This document shows positions 17,553 to 26,373 of a stretch of 44,639 nt of DNA, in pieces. A model generated the notes under the pieces. It did no database searches. It saw only the letters and a program-made list of their open reading frames with translations, and had not been told where the DNA came from. Origin of the DNA: Coriobacteriia bacterium (GTDB lineage: Bacteria; Actinomycetota; Coriobacteriia; Anaerosomatales; JAAXUF01); contig JBAXEO010000001.1 of NCBI GenBank assembly GCA_037140395.1, forward strand, positions 1 to 44,639, written 5' to 3'. Positions within the stretch are counted from its first letter, which is position 1. Each line of letters starts with the position of its first letter. Position numbers and translations under genes: made by a program.

Positions 17553-18758
17553 CTACTGGATCGGTACCCACGTGCCATTCACGATCTTGTAGAGCGAGAG
17601 ATCCTTCTCGGCGAGTCCATTATGGTCCGACGATGAAAAGGTGAACTTGCCGCCAAAACCGACAAGTCCGCTGGTCTGCTCGATTGCATCCCGAAGCTTG
17701 GCGGCAGAGGTATCGCCGCCCGAACGCTTGACCGAGTCAGCAAAGATGTTCAGGGCATCAAACGCGTGACCCGCAAAGATGTCCGGAGCTGCGCCATAGG
17801 CCGCCTGATAGCGAGTCGCAAAATCGTCCACGACCTTGAACTCGTCGGTGCCTGCGCCCCAGTTTGCAGGTACGAGGCTCTTTCCGGTTCCGAAGACGAA
17901 TCCTTCAGCTGCGGTGCCGGCGCCCTTGGGAAATTCGATCTTGGCCTGGCCGGATCCGCCGTACATCGGAAGCTTGAGTCCTAAGGACTCGGCCTGCTTC
18001 ACAATGGCGGCACCCTCTTTGCCGGCGGTCCAAAGCAGAATCGCGTCAGCACCCGAATTCTTAACCTTGGTGAGCTGCGCCGAATAGTCGGTATCGCCGG
18101 GCTTGAATACCTCGTTGGCGACGATGGTCATGCCGTTCTTGGGTGCATCAGCGGTGATGATTGCAAGACCATCCTTGCCATACCCACTGCTGTCGCTGAG
18201 GACGGCAATCTTGGTGTGACCATCGGTGGCCATCTTCTTCAAAACGAATGGCACGATGATCGAGTTGGGCCACGGAGTTTGGAAGACGAGCGGGTCAAAC
18301 GTCCCCGTGATGGCATTGCCTCCGGCCATCGAGATCTGCGGAACGCCCGCGCGGTTGATCACGGTCCGAACCGCCATGGATTGCCCGGTTCCCGTCGCAC
18401 CAAGAATCGCCACGACTTTGTCCTGCTCGATCAGCTTGGTGGCTGCAGCTACCGCCTTGGCCTCATCAGTCGCGTCGTCTTCAATGATGACCTCGATCTG
18501 GCTGCCGCCAAGTCCGCCGGCATCGTTGATTCGCTTGACCTCAAGCTCGAGAGCGTTCTTCTCCGATGCGCCCAATGCCGCGTACGGCCCGGTTAGCGAG
18601 AGTATCGCGCCCACCTTGATAGGTGAACCGGAAGAACCACTACTGCCGGACCCTGTAGAGCTGCTCGATGCCGAGCTGCACCCAACGAGCGCAATCGACA
18701 GAACTAAGAGCAGCAGAACAGTCACGCACCACCTTGCGGTACCAAGCCGAGCCATCAC
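17553..18758 (-). CDS. Lipoprotein, type-I periplasmic binding protein of the HAAT transporter (copy 1)
   Basis: Lipobox LVGC followed by a Ser/Gly linker, with a LivJ/K-like fold (IKVGAILSLTGPYAALG...). Confidence 0.88.
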   Translation of the reverse strand: MMARLGTARWCVTVLLLLVLSIALVGCSSASSSSTGSGSSGSSGSPIKVGAILSLTGPYAALGASEKNALELEVKRINDAGGLGGSQIEVIIEDDATDEAKAVAAATKLIEQDKVVAILGATGTGQSMAVRTVINRAGVPQISMAGGNAITGTFDPLVFQTPWPNSIIVPFVLKKMATDGHTKIAVLSDSSGYGKDGLAIITADAPKNGMTIVANEVFKPGDTDYSAQLTKVKNSGADAILLWTAGKEGAAIVKQAESLGLKLPMYGGSGQAKIEFPKGAGTAAEGFVFGTGKSLVPANWGAGTDEFKVVDDFATRYQAAYGAAPDIFAGHAFDALNIFADSVKRSGGDTSAAKLRDAIEQTSGLVGFGGKFTFSSSDHNGLAEKDLSLYKIVNGTWVPIQ

Positions 18759-18822
18759 TCACCATCCTTGCTGTGTAGTGGGTGGGAACGGCGTGAGCCG
18801 CCCCCACCCTTTGCTGTGCCGG

Positions 18823-20034
18823 CTATTGTGGAGCGAGCGTCCACGTACCGCCTTTGACTTCGTACATTGTCAGGTCATCGCTGGTCAAACCTGAGTGGTC
18901 TTTAGCAGTCATCGTAAAGACACCACCGATACCCGGGTATCCGTTCGTCTTCTCGACGGCTTCACGCAGTGCGGTGGGTGTGATCTCGCCGGTGATCGTC
19001 TTGGCCGCGTTGACAATTAGATAGAGCGCGTCATATGCGTGACCCGCGAACGTGCTGGGAGATTGACCGTATGCATCCATATAGTTCCCGATGAAGGCAG
19101 CCGCTGTCTTGAACTCCTCGGTGCCCGCACCATACGTGTCCGGCATCAACACGTGGCCGGCTGCGAACCGCACGCCGTCTGCAGCCGCACCTGCGCCCTT
19201 GACAAACTCAAGGCGCGCATTGCCATGGCTGCCGTAGATGGGAATTGTGAGGCCGAGCTGCTTAGCGTTCTGGACGATGATTGCGGCCTCTTTGCCGGCC
19301 GTCCACATCACGACAGCCTGCGCGCCGGAGTTCTTGATGTTGGTGAGCTGCGCCGTCATGTCGGCATCGCCGAGGTTGAAGGTCTGGTCAGAGACGATGC
19401 TGATACCGTACTTGGGCGCCTCGGCGACGAGCAGTGCCTGCCCGTCCTTTCCAAAGCCACCAGAGTCGTAGATGATTCCGATCTTGGTGATGCCCTGCTT
19501 CTTGAGATACTCGAGTGTGTAGGGCACAACAAGGGCATTGGACCAGGCCGTCTGGAATACCAGGGGATCAAACGTTCCTGTAATCGCGTTTCCACCGGCC
19601 ATAGAGAGCTGTGGAATACCCGCTTGATCGATCGCGCTGCGGATGGCCATGGACTGGCCGGTTCCCGTCGAGCCAATGATGGCAACGACCTTGTCTTGCT
19701 CGATCAGCTTGGTCACCGCGGCGACCGCCTTGGTGTTATCGGTGCCGTCGTCGGCGAAAATGACCTCGACTTTGCGACCGTTGATTCCGCCTGCCTCGTT
19801 GATTCTCTTGACTTCCATCTCAATCGTCTTCTTCTCTGGGTCACCGAGGCCGGCGTAGGAGCCCGTCAAAGAGACAATCGCGCCGATCTTGATCGGCGCA
19901 GCGCTGGTCGTTCCAGCGCCATTCCCACCGGTGCTCGAGGTACCGGCCGCACATCCGACAAGCGTCGCCGCGAGGGCGGCGGCCAGAGCAGCCCCCAGCA
20001 CCCCCATTCCGAGCCGCAATACTCTTCCGCGCAT
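18823..20034 (-). CDS. Lipoprotein, type-I periplasmic binding protein of the HAAT transporter (copy 2, tandem paralogue)
   Basis: Lipobox LVGC. By eye it shows roughly 60 % identity to copy 1 over long stretches (KLIEQDKVVAI.G.TGTGQSMA, SMAGGNAITGTFDPLVFQT). I preferred the ATG at 20034, preceded by GGGAGGTAAGG. Confidence 0.88.
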   Translation of the reverse strand: MRGRVLRLGMGVLGAALAAALAATLVGCAAGTSSTGGNGAGTTSAAPIKIGAIVSLTGSYAGLGDPEKKTIEMEVKRINEAGGINGRKVEVIFADDGTDNTKAVAAVTKLIEQDKVVAIIGSTGTGQSMAIRSAIDQAGIPQLSMAGGNAITGTFDPLVFQTAWSNALVVPYTLEYLKKQGITKIGIIYDSGGFGKDGQALLVAEAPKYGISIVSDQTFNLGDADMTAQLTNIKNSGAQAVVMWTAGKEAAIIVQNAKQLGLTIPIYGSHGNARLEFVKGAGAAADGVRFAAGHVLMPDTYGAGTEEFKTAAAFIGNYMDAYGQSPSTFAGHAYDALYLIVNAAKTITGEITPTALREAVEKTNGYPGIGGVFTMTAKDHSGLTSDDLTMYEVKGGTWTLAPQ

Positions 20035-20072
20035 CGTCCTTACCTCCCTGTTCCCCACGCAGGCTCATCGGT

Positions 20073-20489
20073 TTAGGCCTGCGCGATTACCTCCTGAGAA
20101 ACGAGCACCACCGGCTTGTCTTTGAGGAGCGCCGTGGCTCTGTCGATATCAGCGACGTTGATAACCACATAGGTTGAAATCAGCGAGTAGACGTATTCGA
20201 CGTTCACCCCAGCGTCCGAGACTACCTTGAGCACGCCGGCGAGCCCGCCTGGAACATCTGGAAGGTCGATGCAAAGCACTTCGCTGACCTTGACCGCGAA
20301 ACCAGCATCATGCAGTACTGCGCGACCCCGGTCGGGATCATCGAGCACGAGCCGAATAATTCCGTAGTCAGCTGTGTCGGAGACCGAAAAGCCGCGGATG
20401 CTCACGCCTGCCTCGCCGAGGGTCTGGGTTACTTCACTGACTCGGCCAGCCTTGTTCTCAATGAATACACTCAGCTGCTTAACATTCAC
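20073..20489 (-). CDS. Tandem ACT-domain protein (small-molecule-binding regulatory protein)
   Basis: Two ACT-like repeats (LSVFIENKAGRVSEVTQTLGEAGVSIRG; IDLPDVPGGLAGVLKVVSDAGVNVEY). The GTG at 20489 forms a GTGA overlap with the iorB stop. Confidence 0.78.
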   Translation of the reverse strand: MNVKQLSVFIENKAGRVSEVTQTLGEAGVSIRGFSVSDTADYGIIRLVLDDPDRGRAVLHDAGFAVKVSEVLCIDLPDVPGGLAGVLKVVSDAGVNVEYVYSLISTYVVINVADIDRATALLKDKPVVLVSQEVIAQA

Positions 20490-21076
20490 AGCGCGCACTC
20501 CCCTTCTCTGCATGCTCGCCGACCGAGTTCGAAGGCCCGCAAGTTGGACTCTATCGTATGAGCGGGTACTCTGCTCGCAATCACCTCGCGCCAGGACTCC
20601 TCGGCGAACGGCAGGCCGAGCGACAGCGCCCCCATCAGCACCACGTTGGCCGACTTGGGGCTGCCGACTTCACACGCGAGCTCATCAGCGTCGATGAAGA
20701 TGGCGCCCTCATCGGCAAGTATCGCCGCGAGACCGTGGGGAGTCGGCAATTCCCCGGTCAGCACGGGCAGTGGTCTTATAGCTTGAGGGTTGACGAGCAG
20801 ACGGCCCTCGGGCTTGACGTAGTGCACGCGTCGCATCGCCTCAATAAGCTCAAAACCCACCAGATGATCGACCATTCCTGGATCAGTGACCGGCGAGAAG
20901 ACTTCATCGCCAAAGCGGACCACAGTGTCGACGCTTCCGCCTCGCTGCGACATGCCGTGGACCTCGGAAAGCTTCACATCGAGCCCAGCGGCGGCGGCGA
21001 CCTTGGCGAGCAGATCGGCAGCCATAATCGTGCCTTGGCCGCCAACACCACAGAGCATGACGGTAGTCACGGTCAC
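20486..21076 (-). CDS. iorB: Indolepyruvate:ferredoxin oxidoreductase, beta subunit
   Basis: Contains MLCGVGGQGTIMAADLL...HGMSQRGGSV. GTG start with a GTGA overlap with the iorA stop. Confidence 0.9.
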   Translation of the reverse strand: MTVTTVMLCGVGGQGTIMAADLLAKVAAAAGLDVKLSEVHGMSQRGGSVDTVVRFGDEVFSPVTDPGMVDHLVGFELIEAMRRVHYVKPEGRLLVNPQAIRPLPVLTGELPTPHGLAAILADEGAIFIDADELACEVGSPKSANVVLMGALSLGLPFAEESWREVIASRVPAHTIESNLRAFELGRRACREGECAL

Positions 21077-22839
21077 GATAGATCGGCCCCCTTGAAGTCA
21101 CACGCAGGGCCCGTGTGAACGATCGCATCAAACCTACAGACTTGAACGCACTGCCCGCAACCGACACAGATTGCGGTATCTATGACAGCTCGCGACGTGT
21201 GCTCATCCTTGCTGATCGCGGGGCAGCCCAGCTTGATGCAAACGCCGCACTTGGTACATGCGTCTTCATCGACGGCGTACGGATCGTCCTTCTCTTTGAG
21301 CAGCAGCGCACAAGGCGCTCTGAATATGATGACCGAGAGCTCGTCTGTGGCGGTCTCCTCGGCGAAAACGCGCTCGCATGCGGCAAAGTCGTGTGGATCG
21401 ACCACCTGGAGCCGATTGACGCCGAGCGCCTTAACCAGTCCAACCAGATCGACCTCATGCGAACGACGCTCCTGAAGGGTAATCCCGTTCATGGGGTTTC
21501 CCTGGTGGCCAGTCATGGCCGTAATCCGGTTGTCGAGAATGGCGATGGTTCCTCCACCGCCGTTGTAGACGGTATTCATGAGCGAAGTGATGCCCGAATG
21601 CGCGAACGTCGAGTCGCCGATAACCGCGACCACCGGACGCTCAGCCGTGCCGCCTGCCAGCTCAACGCCGTGCGCCATGCCGATGGACGCACCCATGTCG
21701 ACACAGCTATCCATGGCAGCAAGCGGCTTGAGCGCGCCGAGCGTGTAGCATCCGATGTCACCAGTGACGACAGCCCTGGCTTTTCGCAGCGAATAGAACA
21801 CCGGCCGATGAGGACATCCGGGGCACATGAGCGGTGGCCTAGGGGGAAGCGAGAAGTCGGCTTCTCTCGTGACGGGAGCGCTGCACCCAAAAGCCAGCCG
21901 GATAGCTCCCGGAGACAGCTCCCCGACCGTCGGCATTGGCATGGTCTCTACGGTGATGCCCAAGGACCGGACCGACCGAGTAAGAAAGTCGTCGGCCTCC
22001 TCGATCACGTACAGCTTGTCGACAGAGGATGCAAACTTCGCAAGGCCGGCTGCGGGAAGCGGGAAGGGCATGCCGAGCTTGAACACGGAAGCATCTGGCA
22101 GGGCCTCTCGAACGTGTAGGTAGCACGCGCCTGCACAGACGATTCCAACTGACGTGTCGCGCATCTCAATGCGGTTGAGGGCGGTCTCCTCGGCAAATTG
22201 CCTAAGCTCGACCATTCGCCTGTCGAGGTCGATTCGCCGGAGTTTGGCCATGGCGGGCATCATCACCCACTTGCTCGGCTCAGTCACATAGGCAGGTTGT
22301 GGCTCCAGGTGCGGAAGCGGCCCCTCCTCCACCAGCGACTTGGTATGGCTCACGCGTACTGTGGAGCGGATGAGGACCGGCACATCGTAGTTCTCGGAGA
22401 TCTCATAGGCCTCCCGAGTGAACTCGAGAGCTTCTTGCGAGTCGCTCGGGTCAAGAATCGGAACGCGAGCAAATGCCGCGTAGTTGTGCGAATCCTGCTC
22501 GTTTTGGGAGGAGTGCATGCCGGGGTCGTCGGCGACGAGAATCACGAGTCCGCCACGAACACCGGTGTAGGCAAGAGTGAAGAGCGGATCAGCAGCGACG
22601 TTGAGTCCGACATGCTTCATGGCGACGAGCGAGCGTCTTCCCGCAAGCGAAACGCCTGCGGCGACTTCCAGCGCGACCTTCTCGTTGGGGGCCCACTCGG
22701 CGTAGACACCAGGATGCCGAGCGAAACGCTGTAGGGTCTCCGTGGACGGCGTCCCTGGATAGCCAACTCCGACTACCGCTCCGGCCTCCCAAGCGCCCCG
22801 CGCAACAGCCTCATTACCAGAGAGCAGCGTACGGCCCAC
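21073..22839 (-). CDS. iorA: Indolepyruvate:ferredoxin oxidoreductase, alpha subunit
   Basis: Contains LLSGNEAVARGAWEAG, a TPP motif GDSTFAHSG, and two 4Fe-4S Cys clusters (CTKCGVCIKLGCPA, CVGCGQCVQVCRFDA). I preferred the GTG at 22839, which follows AAGGA, because the ORF-track extension to 22947 has no IorA counterpart. Confidence 0.9.
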   Translation of the reverse strand: MGRTLLSGNEAVARGAWEAGAVVGVGYPGTPSTETLQRFARHPGVYAEWAPNEKVALEVAAGVSLAGRRSLVAMKHVGLNVAADPLFTLAYTGVRGGLVILVADDPGMHSSQNEQDSHNYAAFARVPILDPSDSQEALEFTREAYEISENYDVPVLIRSTVRVSHTKSLVEEGPLPHLEPQPAYVTEPSKWVMMPAMAKLRRIDLDRRMVELRQFAEETALNRIEMRDTSVGIVCAGACYLHVREALPDASVFKLGMPFPLPAAGLAKFASSVDKLYVIEEADDFLTRSVRSLGITVETMPMPTVGELSPGAIRLAFGCSAPVTREADFSLPPRPPLMCPGCPHRPVFYSLRKARAVVTGDIGCYTLGALKPLAAMDSCVDMGASIGMAHGVELAGGTAERPVVAVIGDSTFAHSGITSLMNTVYNGGGGTIAILDNRITAMTGHQGNPMNGITLQERRSHEVDLVGLVKALGVNRLQVVDPHDFAACERVFAEETATDELSVIIFRAPCALLLKEKDDPYAVDEDACTKCGVCIKLGCPAISKDEHTSRAVIDTAICVGCGQCVQVCRFDAIVHTGPACDFKGADLS

Positions 22840-22962
22840 GAGCGTCCTTTCGATAGCCGCCGCACCAGCAGCGTAGGCCGGATGATAACACACGTTAACG
22901 GAGAAGATGCCTTCAGAGGACACCGATAAACTGCGCCCAAAACGCACTACGGAAACGGCGTT

Positions 22963-24096
22963 TCAGGGGCGGCAAGCGCCGACGTAGTCACCGTTTGAGG
23001 CGATGCGGCCGCCGAGTGAGGTGATGCGTACCACGTCGCCCGTGGACGGAGCATGGATGAAGTCGCCGCCGCCAACGTACATCCCGACATGGTGAATCTG
23101 ATCCGGATCACCATCGATACCAAAGAAGACCATATCTCCGGGCTCCAACAGGTCGAGACGATTCGGAGGGATGTAGGCGCCTGCGAGGAACTGCGTGCGG
23201 CTTGTGCGAGGGATGCTAATGCCAATCTTGTTGTAGCTGTATTGCATCAGCCCCGAGCAGTCGAAACCCGACGGCGTAGTGCCGCCCCAGAGGTAGGGCA
23301 CACCCAGATAGCTCTTCGCGATCGATACGACTCCGGGATGCGACGCACCAAGCTTCGAGCGGTCAAACGGGAGCACCTTTCCCTGGTTCGTCTGGGCTGC
23401 CGCTGCCTGTGCATCCGCAAGTGCCTTTGCCCGAGCAGCAGCAAGCTGCTCCTGACGGATGCGTTCCGTGTCGATGAGCTTTTTGAGGTCACTCTTCAGA
23501 GACGCGAAGTACTCTGACTGTGCCTGTTGCGCAGCGTGGACTTGTGACTGCTTGCGGCGTGCCTGCTCGCGTAAGGCGAGCTGCTCGGACTCGCGAGTCT
23601 CCAATGCGCGCTTCGCGGTCTCGACGCGCGCACGGGCCTCCTTGACCGAAGCCACGAGTGAAGCGTCATTTCTCCCCACACGGCGCATGAGATCGATGCG
23701 TGCGACAAAGTCCTGAAAATCGGTTGCGCCGACAAACACCGCGACCATGTCGACGGAACCAGTGCGGTAGATGTTGCTGACGCGCCGGTTGAGGAGAGTC
23801 TCAGAACGCTTGACGTCGGCGGTCGCCAGCTCGAGTTCTACCTCCGTCGCCGAGATCTGGGCGCGAGTCTTGTCGACCGCGTCTTCAATCTGGGCCTGCT
23901 CCTCAAAGCGAAGCTCCAGGTCGGTGTTGAGCTGGTCAAGCTTCTTGCCGGCGGCCTCCGCCTGAGCGCGCTTGGCCTCGATAGCGGCGTTGGTGGGGAC
24001 AGCGGCAGCAGTGAGCACTACCCCGAGCAGCGTGATGGCAGCAACGACCGTCGCGATAAGGACGCGCGTCGATGTGGTGTGAGGCGATGTCCGCAC
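22963..24096 (-). CDS. Secreted NlpC/P60 (C40) peptidoglycan endopeptidase with N-terminal coiled coil
   Basis: A signal/TM segment is followed by about 230 aa of Ala/Glu/Gln/Arg-rich coiled coil. The C-terminal catalytic domain contains FDCSGLMQYSY and HHVGMYVGG. The architecture is RipA/CwlO/PcsB-like. Confidence 0.88.
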   Translation of the reverse strand: MRTSPHTTSTRVLIATVVAAITLLGVVLTAAAVPTNAAIEAKRAQAEAAGKKLDQLNTDLELRFEEQAQIEDAVDKTRAQISATEVELELATADVKRSETLLNRRVSNIYRTGSVDMVAVFVGATDFQDFVARIDLMRRVGRNDASLVASVKEARARVETAKRALETRESEQLALREQARRKQSQVHAAQQAQSEYFASLKSDLKKLIDTERIRQEQLAAARAKALADAQAAAAQTNQGKVLPFDRSKLGASHPGVVSIAKSYLGVPYLWGGTTPSGFDCSGLMQYSYNKIGISIPRTSRTQFLAGAYIPPNRLDLLEPGDMVFFGIDGDPDQIHHVGMYVGGGDFIHAPSTGDVVRITSLGGRIASNGDYVGACRP

Positions 24097-24199
24097 TCAG
24101 ACCTCCTGCTGCGATTGGGCTACGACTGAAGGTGAGACCAGCTGCTTAACGGACGCCTTGATTGTAGCATCGCCACGCAAGCCGACCAAACGAGTTCAG

Positions 24200-24718
24200 T
24201 CACTCCACGTGGATAAGCGCAACGATTCGCACGTCCTGCGGGAGCTTTGATCGGCCGCCTATGAAGTCGAGCTCGATCAGGAAAGCGAACCCGGCAACGC
24301 GTGCGCCTGTCGCCGAGATGAGCTGCGCCGTGGCGGCGGCAGTGCCTCCAGTAGCGAGTACGTCGTCGACGATCAGAACCACATCATCTTCGTTGAATGC
24401 ATCGGCATGGATCTCGAGCGTGTCGGTGCCGTACTCCAGGTCGTAGGTGAGAGAGGTGGTCTCAAAGGGAAGCTTGCCCGGCTTGCGAGCCGGAACAAAG
24501 CCGACGCCCAGCCGATAGGCAAGCGCACCCCCAAAGATGAAGCCGCGAGCTTCGGCACCGATCACCTTGGTGATACCTGCATCCTCATAGGCGTCTGCCA
24601 AAGAATCGATGCTTTCGCGGAAACCCTCGGGGCTCGCAAGCAGCGGAGTTATGTCTTTGAAGACGACGCCTTCTTTGGGCCAGTCGGGAATGTCACGAAT
24701 GTAAGTCGAGAGATCCAC
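24200..24718 (-). CDS. apt: Adenine phosphoribosyltransferase
   Basis: Contains IRDIPDWPKEGVVFKDITPLL and the PRPP motif VVLIVDDVLATGGTA. The GTG start follows GAGGAGG. Confidence 0.93.
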   Translation of the reverse strand: MDLSTYIRDIPDWPKEGVVFKDITPLLASPEGFRESIDSLADAYEDAGITKVIGAEARGFIFGGALAYRLGVGFVPARKPGKLPFETTSLTYDLEYGTDTLEIHADAFNEDDVVLIVDDVLATGGTAAATAQLISATGARVAGFAFLIELDFIGGRSKLPQDVRIVALIHVE

Positions 24719-24835
24719 AAGTCCTCCTCGCGTAGTCCAGTCCGTCGCTCGACAGCGTACCCCAAAAGGCGGCTAAGGCGCGGAGTCCCGGCAGTCAGAA
24801 TCTGCGGGTGAATCTGCGAAGTTTCGCTGGGGCGA

Positions 24836-25831
24836 TCAGATTGGACACGCCTGCTCCGCGAGCGCGGCGACTTGGGAAGGAGTACCTAAGACGACGAGAC
24901 GCTCCCCGGCCATCAGGACTGAGGCTGCAAGTGGATTGGCGTCGACCGTGCCGTCAGCCTTGACGATTGCCACGACCTGCGCGCCTGTGATCTCTCGGAT
25001 GCGGGCCTCGGCGATGGATCTGCCCACGTAGCAGGAGGCCGGTCCAAGTTCGATCTCTTGTAGCCTGAACTCCACCCCCTCGCCACTAGCAACGATATCG
25101 AGATAGTCCGAGACCGTCGGGTGCAGCACCATCGACGCCATGCGCCGCCCGCCAATGACGTTGGGAGTGATCGTGCGGTTGGCGCCAGCCTTGAGAAGCT
25201 TGGCCTCTGTGGACTCATGGGACGATCGCGCCACAATGAATAGCTCTGGGTTGAGCGCTCGAGCAGTGACGGTGACAAAGAGGTTCTCGGCATCAGACGA
25301 GAGAGCCGTGACGATACTGCCAGCCCTCTGGATGCCGGCCTGCCCCAAGATCTCCTCCTCGGTTGCGTCGCCGTGGACGAAGGGCCATCCATACTCGCGC
25401 GCAGCAACCTGGGATTCGTCCGCGAGGTCGACAATGACAAACGGCGCGTCCTCATCGGCAAGCGCGCGTGCTACGACCGACCCAACACGACCGAAACCGG
25501 CGACCACAGTGTGACCGGACAGGTTCTCGAGTCGCTTCTCCATACGGCGTCCCTCCAAGATCTCCTGAATGCGGCCCTCGAAGACGAACTCGACGAGTTG
25601 ACCAAACACGAAACCCAAGGCTCCCACGCCTGTGATGATGAGCCCGATGGTAAACATGCGGCCGGCCGATGAAAGCGGATGGACCTCACCGAAGCCCACC
25701 GTGGCAACAGTGATTGTGGTCATGTAGATCGAATCAACGAGGCTCCAGCCCTCGATAAGCATGTAGCCGCCGGTGCCAGCGGCGAATACGCCGACCAGCA
25801 TCCCCAGCGCCCATGCGAACCGTCGGTTCAC
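24836..25831 (-). CDS. Two-TM potassium channel with RCK (TrkA-N/TrkA-C) gating domains, MthK-like
   Basis: Pore helix and selectivity filter TVATVGFGE, Rossmann motif VVAGFGRVG, and a C-terminal TrkA-C. The GTG start forms a GTGA overlap with the hpt stop. Confidence 0.84.
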   Translation of the reverse strand: MNRRFAWALGMLVGVFAAGTGGYMLIEGWSLVDSIYMTTITVATVGFGEVHPLSSAGRMFTIGLIITGVGALGFVFGQLVEFVFEGRIQEILEGRRMEKRLENLSGHTVVAGFGRVGSVVARALADEDAPFVIVDLADESQVAAREYGWPFVHGDATEEEILGQAGIQRAGSIVTALSSDAENLFVTVTARALNPELFIVARSSHESTEAKLLKAGANRTITPNVIGGRRMASMVLHPTVSDYLDIVASGEGVEFRLQEIELGPASCYVGRSIAEARIREITGAQVVAIVKADGTVDANPLAASVLMAGERLVVLGTPSQVAALAEQACPI

Positions 25832-26373
25832 GAGAGCACGGCCTCATCGCGCAGACTGGCAATACTGGGCAGGTTGCGATATTGGCCGTTCAGGTCGAGA
25901 CCATAGCCGACTAAGAAGCGGTCGGGCATCGTGAATCCGCAGTAAGAGATGGGCACGTCGGCGATTCGGCGCGCTGGTTTGTCGAGCAGGGTGCATACAT
26001 CGAGACGAGCGGGATTGTGGGCGCGAAGCAGCGAAAGGACGTAGTTGACCGTCAGCCCGGTGTCCACAACGTCTTCCACTAGGAGCACGCTGGCCCCCTC
26101 GATGTCATCAGAGAGGTCCTTGGTGAGCTTGACAACACCGCCCTTGCCCGCGAAATACGGCGAGACAGCAAGGAAGTCCATGGCAAGCGGCAGATCGACA
26201 GCGCGCGCGAGGTCGGCGAGAAAGTAGAGCCCGCCTTTGAGCACGGTGATCAGCCGTAAATCTTGTCCGTCGTAGTCACGCGTGATGGCAGAGCCCAGCT
26301 CGGTAACACGCGCACGCAGCGCAGCGGAATCGAGCAGGATTCGATCGCACGCATCCGGGAATCGAGCATCCAT
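25828..26373 (-). CDS. hpt: Hypoxanthine(-guanine) phosphoribosyltransferase
   Basis: PRPP motif VLLVEDVVDTGLT and a type-I PRT fold. The ATG at 26373 overlaps the upstream stop by one base (TGATG); TTG 26376 is the alternative. Confidence 0.92.
   Translation of the reverse strand: MDARFPDACDRILLDSAALRARVTELGSAITRDYDGQDLRLITVLKGGLYFLADLARAVDLPLAMDFLAVSPYFAGKGGVVKLTKDLSDDIEGASVLLVEDVVDTGLTVNYVLSLLRAHNPARLDVCTLLDKPARRIADVPISYCGFTMPDRFLVGYGLDLNGQYRNLPSIASLRDEAVLS

Noticed and set aside
19039-20076. 345-aa ORF on the + strand, antisense to the second SBP gene.
   Set aside because: It is Arg/Gly/Asp-rich with low-complexity composition and no recognisable motifs. It lies fully inside a gene with clear homology. 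Long antisense ORFs are expected in high-GC DNA.
21115-22119. 334-aa ORF on the + strand, antisense to iorA.
   Set aside because: The reason is the same: the opposite strand encodes an unmistakable IorA with TPP and Fe-S motifs, and this translation has no family features.
22840-22947. N-terminal extensions given by the ORF track: iorA to 22947, lexA to 8112, the LysM gene from 8065, miaA from 2685, hflX from 5917, SH3b to 12324, gcvT to 33993, and the CDP-alcohol transferase to 43558.
   Set aside because: In each case an internal start with a good Shine-Dalgarno sequence, or a 4-nt stop/start overlap, matches the usual N-terminus of the family. The extensions overlap neighbouring genes or regulatory boxes.
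24097-24199. Possible ydaO/c-di-AMP riboswitch upstream of the NlpC/P60 hydrolase, a common actinobacterial arrangement.
   Set aside because: The spacer is only about 100 nt, shorter than the aptamer, and I could not find the conserved ACGGGGA / GGGUGAAUC-type blocks.
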